Part shown: one piece after another, positions 18,684-26,262 of the stretch
Layout of the letters: each line of letters opens with the position of its first letter
Numbering within the stretch: position 1 is the stretch's first letter
Source: Crocinitomicaceae bacterium
Lineage (GTDB): Bacteria; Bacteroidota; Bacteroidia; Flavobacteriales_D; Crocinitomicaceae
Direction of reading: 5' to 3'
Length of the DNA: 64,000 bases
Assembly: GCA_044237035.1 (NCBI GenBank)
Contig: JBIIFU010000008.1
Span: forward strand, 18,429-82,428
Notes under the pieces: generated by a model
Told to the model about the DNA's origin: nothing
The model's input: only the letters and a program-made list of their open reading frames with translations
Databases searched by the model: none
Position numbers and translations under genes: made by a program

Positions 18684-19561
18684 AAGAATTGTTTAGCCAA
18701 AAGTTGGGCAATCATGAAGTTCCGGTGAATCCAGAGCTCTGGTCTTCTATTGCGTCACAAATTCCTGCTGTAACGACAACATCGGTCGCTACGGGTGTTG
18801 GTTTAACAACAAAACTATTAATTGGAATTTCTGTTGCAGCATCAATTGCCACAGGAATTTATTTCCTTCAAACTGAAAATAAAAACCAAGAAGTAAAGAG
18901 CACACCTAAAACTATTTTGCCATCTGAAGTAAAGCAAACTGGTGAGAAGGATAACAAAATTGAAAATTCAACTGTAGATAATAGTTCTGAAAAAACTTCT
19001 GAATCAAAAAACCCAATAGATTCAAAAATAATAGATTATAATTCAGAAAGTAATATACAAAATAATGTCATCTCTGGTGTAACAAATCCAGTCAAAAATG
19101 AAGAAGATATTTTAGTCGAGACTAATTCAAACGTTGAAATAAAAGGTACAGTAGAAATATGCTCTAAATCAGATGTAAAAGCTAAGGAAGACACAAAGGT
19201 TAGTGTCAATAAAGTTCATATTCAGAACGAAAATATCAAGCCAACCGTTCAAACCAATAGTGTGCTAATTCCTAAGGAAAGCTCAATTCAATTTACTCTA
19301 CCGAATGTTTTCACGCCAAATGGAGACGGGACTAATGATTATTTAGAAACAAAAATTGAGGGTGTTACCGAATTTAGCGTGGTTGTTTTAAATGAAAACG
19401 GAAAAGTAGTTTATCAATCTCAAGATACTGAATTCAAATGGGATGGTACCTCACCAAACGGGGATAAAGTTCTGCAAGGATCCTACGTTTATTACATTAC
19501 TGGAAAAGATTCAGAAGGTAAGTTAGTTTCCAAGCACAGCAGATTAACTATCAAGTACTAA
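18662..19561 (+). CDS. anti-sigma-like bitopic membrane protein with T9SS type-B C-terminal domain
   Basis: 299 aa, overlapping the sigma gene by 22 nt. There is no cleavable signal peptide and one TM helix (LTTKLLIGISVAASIATGIYFL). A low-complexity S/N/E/K linker follows. The C-terminus NVFTPNGDGTNDYLE...VVLNENGKVVYQS...WDGTSPNGD...GSYVYYITGKD aligns with the CTDs of the 7806 and 47394 ORFs. Confidence 0.72.
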   Translation: MEGKDTIKELFSQKLGNHEVPVNPELWSSIASQIPAVTTTSVATGVGLTTKLLIGISVAASIATGIYFLQTENKNQEVKSTPKTILPSEVKQTGEKDNKIENSTVDNSSEKTSESKNPIDSKIIDYNSESNIQNNVISGVTNPVKNEEDILVETNSNVEIKGTVEICSKSDVKAKEDTKVSVNKVHIQNENIKPTVQTNSVLIPKESSIQFTLPNVFTPNGDGTNDYLETKIEGVTEFSVVVLNENGKVVYQSQDTEFKWDGTSPNGDKVLQGSYVYYITGKDSEGKLVSKHSRLTIKY

Positions 19562-20413
19562 TCAAATTTCTGAAAAGTCAAACGTTTCTTTTAAACGAAC
19601 TCCTTTTTCGGTGTGTTGAACCGTACAACATTCATTTACCGAATCATGTTCAAAAAACAAAATAAATTCTTCATTTGCAGCGCGATTGAGAAAAGCTTCT
19701 TTTTCAGATATGGTAATTAGTGGACGAGTATCGTACCCCATCACATAAGGAAGCGGAATATGACCAACACTTGGTAGTAAGTCAGCCATAAAAACAATAG
19801 TTTTTCCTTTGTACTTAATATGAGGAATCATCATGCTCTCTGTATGACCATCGACAAATAGAACGTCCATGTTCGGCAAAGAATTCAATGTGAAATTTTC
19901 TGTACGCTCCAAAAATTGCAATTGTCCACTTTCTTGAATGGGTAAAATATTTTCAGAAAGGAAGGAAGCTTTTTCTCGAGGATTTGGCTTTGTTGCCCAT
20001 TCCCAATGGTTTTCCGTACTCCAAAAAGTGGCGTTTTTAAACGCAGGTCGATACCCTGATTTTGATTCGTTCCATTCGATACTTCCGCCACAGTGGTCAA
20101 AATGCAAATGGGTTAGAAAAACGTCGGTAATATCATCTTTTGAAAAACCTAATTTCTGAAGATTTCCATCCAATGAATCATCCCCGTGCAGAAAATAATG
20201 TGAGAAAAACTTATCGGATTGTTTGTTGCCAATTCCTGTATCTATTAAAATTAATTTATTTCCATCCTCAATTAAAAGTGAACGCATGGCCCATGTGCAC
20301 ATGTTAAATTTATCAGAAGGATTGGTTTTCTGCCAGATTGTTTTAGGAACAACGCCAAACATGGCCCCGCCATCTAGTTTGAAAAATCCGGTATTTAGAA
20401 CGTGTATTTGCAT
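19562..20413 (-). CDS. MBL fold metallo-hydrolase
   Basis: 283 aa with LIDTG......., the THLHFDHCGG metal-binding motif, and downstream His/Asp ligands (DGHTE, FEHD). Confidence 0.88.
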   Translation of the reverse strand: MQIHVLNTGFFKLDGGAMFGVVPKTIWQKTNPSDKFNMCTWAMRSLLIEDGNKLILIDTGIGNKQSDKFFSHYFLHGDDSLDGNLQKLGFSKDDITDVFLTHLHFDHCGGSIEWNESKSGYRPAFKNATFWSTENHWEWATKPNPREKASFLSENILPIQESGQLQFLERTENFTLNSLPNMDVLFVDGHTESMMIPHIKYKGKTIVFMADLLPSVGHIPLPYVMGYDTRPLITISEKEAFLNRAANEEFILFFEHDSVNECCTVQHTEKGVRLKETFDFSEI

Positions 20414-20425
20414 TTTTTGAAAATT

Positions 20426-20450
20426 AAAAAGGCTAACCGCAAAGTTAGCC
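20426..20450 (-). terminator. intrinsic terminator downstream of 20474-21382
   Basis: The minus sense reads GGCTAACtttgcgGTTAGCC followed by TTTTT. It lies 24 nt after the stop of the T9SS cargo gene. Confidence 0.65.
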
Positions 20451-20473
20451 TTTTATAAAAATTATGGTTGATT

Positions 20474-21382
20474 TTATTTTACATAAACCTTCTTAGAAAT
20501 AGATCCTTGCGAAGATTTTACAGTTGCAAAATAAATTCCTGTTTTTAAATCAGCATAGCCCAGTACGATACCGATGTCATTGATTGAAACTGAATTAACT
20601 TCTTTTCCACTCATGTCACTTAATACCAATTCAGACCCTAATAAATCAGGTGTAACATTTACAGCCACTCCTTCTAGTAATGGAGAGATAGAAACTTTAT
20701 CTTCTATCGCTGCTTGAGCAATAATAGAAGCGGATGGATCTCCTGCGTTAATTGGTTGATCAACATCACCGTTGTATGCGTAATCATGAATCGTTAATTT
20801 CAATCCAGCAGGATCCAAAGTATCTAAACTTAAACGAACCCAACCGTAATGAATTCCTGTTCCAGCCGAGAATTTCATTCCAAGAAATTTCTGACTAACC
20901 CCTAAAAATTCACCTTGGTTGATTGCATAATTAAAATTAAACGCGGGTATAGAAACATTTCCTTTAACTCCAATTGATGCCTGCTGTGAGCTGAAATTAT
21001 TTGCTGCAGCGATGGCATCGCCTGAATTGAGCGCCGTAACCCCAAATGTACTGCTTGAACCAACAATTTGCCCTTGAACTCCTCCTAGCGGACCAGGAGT
21101 AGCGGATACCTGAGACCCATTGTAAACATAGGTAAAAGGGATGCCCATGTAAGTGGAAGATCCTGAACCATTTGCATAAGCAACTTCAAAAGTCATATCT
21201 GGTGTTGCATCGTTATTGAAATCCATATTAAATGGACCAGAATTTTTATCCAAAATCACATCTGGATTAACATCAGTGTATTGAAGGTTTTGTGCTGTAG
21301 CAACCCCAGAGATCATTAGTGATCCAGCAGCTACAGAATAAGATTTTAATTTTGAGCGTGTATCTATTTTCTTCATATTCAT
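20474..21382 (-). CDS. secreted protein with T9SS type-A CTD (paralogue of 25226-26062)
   Basis: 302 aa. It has the signal peptide ...SYSVAAGSLMISGVATA|Q, then YTDVNPD, DFNND.TPD, KFLGMKF..G.GIHYGWVRL and DYAYN. The C-terminal beta-sandwich tail is (...KTGIYFATVKS.....KKVYVK). Confidence 0.72.
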   Translation of the reverse strand: MNMKKIDTRSKLKSYSVAAGSLMISGVATAQNLQYTDVNPDVILDKNSGPFNMDFNNDATPDMTFEVAYANGSGSSTYMGIPFTYVYNGSQVSATPGPLGGVQGQIVGSSSTFGVTALNSGDAIAAANNFSSQQASIGVKGNVSIPAFNFNYAINQGEFLGVSQKFLGMKFSAGTGIHYGWVRLSLDTLDPAGLKLTIHDYAYNGDVDQPINAGDPSASIIAQAAIEDKVSISPLLEGVAVNVTPDLLGSELVLSDMSGKEVNSVSINDIGIVLGYADLKTGIYFATVKSSQGSISKKVYVK

Positions 21383-21433
21383 TACATTTAAATAATTAGT
21401 GATTCAAAGATAAGAAAAAATTATCTATTTCTT

Positions 21434-23959
21434 TTACTGATTGATTTTCAAGCTGATGTTCATATTCAAAAAGTCAGATAATAAGGCTGAAATATCATTT
21501 GGTGAAACAAGTAGTTCCTTAAAGTTTATGAATAAAGTAGGTAATGTGGGTTGTGATTCTATCCATAATTCAATGACCTGCTTGTCTTTTTGGAATTCAG
21601 ATAAATCACGAATAGATAGGGTGTTTTCAGACATTTTTTTAGACAGAAAAGACTTTTTAGTAGATTCAAGATCAGCTAAGTCCTCTTCTATATAAATCAA
21701 TTTATAGGAATAGTAAGTTGGTAAATCATTTAAAAATCGACAGGGAATATAAATGATTTTTCCTACAGCGGCTTCCAACCATTTTGATTTAAACAAGGAT
21801 TTTTTAGCGTCTTCGTAATCTTCATTTTCTTCAATTACAGGTAATTCAGAACCTGTTAGCAGATCCATAAATAGGTTATAGTTGCTGGAACTTACACTTG
21901 TGCAAACAATTATTTCACCTTTTATTTTGTTTTTTAGAAAATCACTGTTTTCTTGAGCTTTTTCTTTTTGTTTTAAGTGTGATGTATAAATTTCTACGAG
22001 CCATTTATGAGCTTTTGTGGTTCCAGGTGCAAGTTTTACGCAAGTACTAAAGGCATTTACTGCATCTTCCCAAAGTTCGATTTTTGCCAATGCTTCGCCT
22101 AAATGGTAATGAATATTTGCTTGATAAAAATCTTGTTCTAATGCAATTAGAAATTCATCTATTGCTTCGTTGTACATATTTCTTCTCAAGAAAGTTAAAC
22201 CTAATCCATAATGTGCAGCTGTGTTTCTTTCATCAATGGATAAGGCTGTAATATATTGTTTTTCAGCAGCATCGAAATTTTTTCTCAGTGTATGAATTTT
22301 AGCAATACTGATGGCCACTTGTGTATTATTTGAGTTTTTCTTTTGAACTTTTTCCAATAAGGGTAGCGCCTGTCTAGGTTTGTTCATAGCAAGTAATAGC
22401 AAGCCTTCTAAATACTCTAAATACATTGGTTCTTCAAATTCTTGGTTACCAAATGTGTCGTTAGTTTCTGTATACTTTTTACTTTCTGAGCGATAATTTT
22501 CTTTAAGTTCTTGTATTAAGTCATTGCATTTTAGGTACATCTTGCGATTAAGGTAGGCAAAAGCTAAGCGTTGACCGTAGCGTAAAATTTTAGATTCTGA
22601 ATAGATTTGTTGTAATAGTTCAATTGCAGGAATTATTCTTCCACCGTTGATCATATTTCTTGCAACGTAATACTGATTTTCTCTTTTGCATTTTTCAACT
22701 TGTTGGAGTTTATCGTCATCTAAGGCTTCAATGTATCCTAGTTCAACAAGTTGCTGTAAGGCTTCTTGAGCTGCCCAAGGATCTTCTCGTAACATTGGAT
22801 CATGTTGGCCTGTTTCACCCGGTACATTCTCCCATGAGTCAATAAATTTGGCAGGAGTAGTATTCTCAAAACAGGAATAAAGAACTTTTCCTTCCATGTC
22901 TTGACCGACTGGTAAACCCGCATGGTATAAAATAGTTGGAGTAATATCGATAATACTTGCTCCAGAAATAGGATGATTTTTTTTAATACCGGGTCCAGAA
23001 ATCACAAAAATCCCATACGGACTATGTTCTACTGCCGGACCTGAAGGTTCTTTGGGTATATATAACGGTCGTTGATGATCAGAATAAAAACCATGGTCAG
23101 AAAGAAGAATGACTGTTGTTTTTTCATCGATTAATTCAAGTGTTCGTTGGAGCATCATATCGTGAAATCGATAGCCAGCCTCAACAACATCTTTGAAATC
23201 TTCGTACTCTTTTTCCGAAATTTCTGGTCGCCTTGGTGGAAAATATTTCATGGCAATATGACAAAAATGGTCAATTGCATCGTGATAAATAGCCATAAAA
23301 TCCCACTCAGTTTCCTCCATCAAATAAGTAGAAGCTGAATGAACAGATGCTGCATTGGCGAGTGTTTTTAATACAGATAAGGTTTTAGGTGCTTGACGTA
23401 ACTCAAGATCATCTACTAAATTTGGAATAAATGGAAGTGCCATTTCGAGTGAAATCTCATGCGGATGCACGCGAAATTCCTTCATTTGATCTGCCACCTC
23501 TTCAGGATGAATCGTACCGTTTGGCATATCCCAATTTTCACCCAGTGCTTTGTTTGCTACTTGATAGAGGTTTGAAATCATGACTCCATTAATTGGTTCA
23601 GCAGGATTACTTGGCCACCAAGAAACTACATTACTTTTCCATTCTTCTTGGTTTAGAATATTCCAAATGGCTTTTACTTTTCGGGAGGTAGTTGTAACTG
23701 GTCGAAGTCCATCACCAGTTGGTGTTGGCTCAACAAAGCCACTTATACCATGTTTATCTGCTCTAAATCCGGTAGCAATACTTGTCCATAACATAGGGGA
23801 GAGGGGAGGATCCAAAGTCTGAATTCGTCCATAAGAACCACCTTCCATCAGTTTTTGGAGAGTTGGCATCTTCCCTTGTTTTATAAGTGGATTGATCACA
23901 TTCCAATCTGCTGCATCCCAACCAATAACGAGAATTTTATTTTTTTTGTTGTTGGTCAT
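21434..23959 (-). CDS. alkaline phosphatase / type I phosphodiesterase family protein fused to TPR repeats and an unassigned C-terminal domain
   Basis: I trimmed to ATG 23959 (MTNNKKNKILVIGWDAADW). ILVIGWDAADWNVINPLI..GKMP.L..L...G....LQTLDPPLSPMLWTSIATG and LLSDHG are AP-superfamily motifs. There are TPRs at about aa 560-700 (AHYGLGLTFLRRNMYNEAIDEF, IHYHLGEALAKIELWEDAVNAF). No signal peptide is visible. Confidence 0.8.
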   Translation of the reverse strand: MTNNKKNKILVIGWDAADWNVINPLIKQGKMPTLQKLMEGGSYGRIQTLDPPLSPMLWTSIATGFRADKHGISGFVEPTPTGDGLRPVTTTSRKVKAIWNILNQEEWKSNVVSWWPSNPAEPINGVMISNLYQVANKALGENWDMPNGTIHPEEVADQMKEFRVHPHEISLEMALPFIPNLVDDLELRQAPKTLSVLKTLANAASVHSASTYLMEETEWDFMAIYHDAIDHFCHIAMKYFPPRRPEISEKEYEDFKDVVEAGYRFHDMMLQRTLELIDEKTTVILLSDHGFYSDHQRPLYIPKEPSGPAVEHSPYGIFVISGPGIKKNHPISGASIIDITPTILYHAGLPVGQDMEGKVLYSCFENTTPAKFIDSWENVPGETGQHDPMLREDPWAAQEALQQLVELGYIEALDDDKLQQVEKCKRENQYYVARNMINGGRIIPAIELLQQIYSESKILRYGQRLAFAYLNRKMYLKCNDLIQELKENYRSESKKYTETNDTFGNQEFEEPMYLEYLEGLLLLAMNKPRQALPLLEKVQKKNSNNTQVAISIAKIHTLRKNFDAAEKQYITALSIDERNTAAHYGLGLTFLRRNMYNEAIDEFLIALEQDFYQANIHYHLGEALAKIELWEDAVNAFSTCVKLAPGTTKAHKWLVEIYTSHLKQKEKAQENSDFLKNKIKGEIIVCTSVSSSNYNLFMDLLTGSELPVIEENEDYEDAKKSLFKSKWLEAAVGKIIYIPCRFLNDLPTYYSYKLIYIEEDLADLESTKKSFLSKKMSENTLSIRDLSEFQKDKQVIELWIESQPTLPTLFINFKELLVSPNDISALLSDFLNMNISLKINQ

Positions 23960-24208
23960 CTTTTGATTCTGTTTGTTTGACTTGCCTTTCTTTTGTTTTT
24001 TCAATTTCTTGTCGCCACAATCGCAAACCGATATGACCAAGTGCAAGTAAGCCCAATGATCCTTGTGAAGTCAACTTGTATTCTTTTTTCATATGTAAAT
24101 AATTTGTCTTTTAAAGGTCATATGGAATACGCCATGTTATTTTCATCGGTGCTTGCGCAATTGTTTGCATGGCTATTTCATATGAGATGTAAAAATAGAA
24201 AAAAAGAC

Positions 24209-24243
24209 AAAAAAAAACTGCCACCAGATTTGCCTGATGACAG
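24209..24243 (-). terminator. intrinsic terminator downstream of 24265-25119
   Basis: The minus sense reads CTGTCATCAGGcaaatCTGGTGGCAG, a 10-bp stem with two G.U pairs, followed by a T9 run. Confidence 0.65.
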
Positions 24244-24264
24244 TTTTAATAAGTTAAACTCGTA

Positions 24265-25119
24265 TTAGTTTTTAACGAAGTTTCCTGTAGATACTTTTCC
24301 GTTTACAGTTACTTGGTAAATATACATTCCTGACGTAAATTCAGAAACATCAACGCTAGATTCGTTAGTTGTTTTCATTACTTTACCATCTAATGTAGAA
24401 ATTACCACATTTGAAATCTCACCATTCGCTGAAATGTTCAATACTTGGTTTGCAGGGTTTGGATAAACATTTACATCAGAAGAAAGTTCGATAACATCAG
24501 CAGACGATGAAGTCAAAGATATATTATCTAACCATAACTCGCTTCCTGGGTAGCCGTATCCATTTCCAAATAAAAACCCAATAGATGCAGATGCAATTAC
24601 AACATAGGCATTAGCTGTGTATCCAGTTGTGTTAAATGCTTGAACTGGTATAGATTCCATTGTCCAGTTAGTTGTTGAACCTGCGTAAGCTCCAAGTGCA
24701 CCATACATAACCACATCATCATTAGGATCTGCTGTTAAGGTGTCATAAATTTGTACAAGTACAACAGCTGAGTCACCTGCTGTAGTAATGTTTTTGTATG
24801 CATAATTTAAAACCCACGTCTCAGGGTTAGAAATTGGTCCTGTAACAAATTGTTGGATAAATCCAGGTATGGTGTCAGATGGAAATTGAATTAATCCAGC
24901 TGTTGCAGGATCATAACTTGTTTTCATTTTTCCAAATTGTGCACCTGCGTATGCTCCGGTAGTTTCTATAGTGTACAACCCTTGTCCCCATCCTGGAGAA
25001 TCAGTAGCTATACCCGGTAATAATGGAGTGGCAGGAGATTCAAAATCGCCGTTAACCAGCTGTGCATTTAAAGAAATGCTAAATGTCAAACAAGACACTA
25101 AAAGTAAAATTTTTTTCAT
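24265..25119 (-). CDS. secreted protein with T9SS type-A CTD
   Basis: 284 aa with signal peptide ...FSISLNA|Q. The C-terminus VNVYPNPANQVLNISA......SGMYIYQVTVNGKVSTGNFVKN is a Por secretion tail. The N-terminal domain is not recognised. Confidence 0.75.
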   Translation of the reverse strand: MKKILLLVSCLTFSISLNAQLVNGDFESPATPLLPGIATDSPGWGQGLYTIETTGAYAGAQFGKMKTSYDPATAGLIQFPSDTIPGFIQQFVTGPISNPETWVLNYAYKNITTAGDSAVVLVQIYDTLTADPNDDVVMYGALGAYAGSTTNWTMESIPVQAFNTTGYTANAYVVIASASIGFLFGNGYGYPGSELWLDNISLTSSSADVIELSSDVNVYPNPANQVLNISANGEISNVVISTLDGKVMKTTNESSVDVSEFTSGMYIYQVTVNGKVSTGNFVKN

Positions 25120-25177
25120 AAATTAATTTTTTGATTATACAAAGTTAATCATTTTGAGGAATATACATAAAACACAC

Positions 25178-25204
25178 AAAAAAAGCCGACAAAAAGCCGG
25201 CTTC
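25178..25204 (-). terminator. intrinsic terminator downstream of 25226-26062
   Basis: The minus sense reads GAAGCCGgctttttgtCGGCTTT followed by TTTTG. Confidence 0.55.
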
Positions 25205-25225
25205 ATTTTTTATATTACGTTCCTA

Positions 25226-26062
25226 TTAATGAACGATAATTTTCTTTGTTGTAGCACCTTCGTTGAAAGTTACATTTACCATGTAAATTCCAGAAGAAAG
25301 ATTATTCATATCTACTGAGAAAGTTTTTTCAGTAATTGCATCAGTAGAAACAACTTGACCAGTTGAAGAAACAACAGAAACAACTCCATTTGTTAGGTTT
25401 CCGTTTAATACAACTTGTACTGAATTATTTGATTTATTAATAAATTTAACAAGGTTTTCAACTTGAGTTTCAGTTAAAGATACTGAACCCATATCTCCTG
25501 TCATAATTCCACCATTCGGTGTTGCATTGAATGCATAATCTTTAACAACGATAGAATCTCCAATAGCGTAAGAATCTAAACGAGCCCATCCGTAGTGAGT
25601 ATTTGCTCCAACAACAAACTTCAATCCTAAATACTTATCAGTTACACCGTTCCAATTTTCATTGTATGGGTTGTTACTGTCTACATTGTAAGCCATAGTA
25701 TTAGTAGCAGCGATCCAGTTCAATGTTGAATCAACCATTGAATTAATGTCTAAAGCTAATGCATAGTCATATCCTCCAGGATTTTCTCCGGCAATTGCAT
25801 TTCCTGCACCGTAAGGAGCAGCCAATGTATAACGAACAGTAGCTGTTGTTACAGTATCTCTTGAAGCAATTACGAAATCAATAGTTTGATCATTGTTTAG
25901 GTCAAGTGGATAAACTGCAAAACCATTGTTTTGTGGAGCATCGTGAGAATAATCAGGGTTCACATCAGTATAAACTACCTGTGCCTGCGCACCAGCAGCT
26001 GAAACAACTGCTCCTGCAACTGCTGTGTACTTAGAAATTCGACTTTGTAGATTTTTTTTCAT
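25226..26062 (-). CDS. secreted protein with T9SS type-A CTD (paralogue of 20474-21382)
   Basis: 278 aa. It has the signal peptide ...KYTAVAGAVVSAAGAQA|Q, then YTDVNPD, DLNNDQTIDF, KYLGLKF..GANTHYGWARL, DYAFN and the tail ...SSGIYMVNVTF......KKIIVH. Confidence 0.72.
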   Translation of the reverse strand: MKKNLQSRISKYTAVAGAVVSAAGAQAQVVYTDVNPDYSHDAPQNNGFAVYPLDLNNDQTIDFVIASRDTVTTATVRYTLAAPYGAGNAIAGENPGGYDYALALDINSMVDSTLNWIAATNTMAYNVDSNNPYNENWNGVTDKYLGLKFVVGANTHYGWARLDSYAIGDSIVVKDYAFNATPNGGIMTGDMGSVSLTETQVENLVKFINKSNNSVQVVLNGNLTNGVVSVVSSTGQVVSTDAITEKTFSVDMNNLSSGIYMVNVTFNEGATTKKIIVH

Positions 26063-26193
26063 ATTAATTGAAATTTAAACGTTTAATAAGCTACAAATTT
26101 AATCTATTTTTTTATAAATAAAAATATTTACATATTATTATTAAGCGGTTAATTGTTAATTAATTCAACGAAAATTTTTTAGTGAAAAATTTG

Positions 26194-26205
26194 GACAATA
26201 TTGTC
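26194..26205. promoter_or_regulatory. 12-bp perfect palindrome GACAATATTGTC (possible operator)
   Basis: A perfect inverted repeat 132 nt upstream of the 25226-26062 ATG, just downstream of the RND operon terminator. The functional assignment is speculative. Confidence 0.25.
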
Positions 26206-26212
26206 TAAATTC

Positions 26213-26241
26213 AAAAAGAGCCGCACATATAGAGCGGCTCT
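26213..26241 (-). terminator. intrinsic terminator of the RND efflux operon
   Basis: The minus sense reads AGAGCCGCtctatatgtGCGGCTCT followed by TTTTT. It lies 22 nt after the RND permease stop. Confidence 0.7.
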
Positions 26242-26262
26242 TTCTGGTAGTAGTAGACATAA

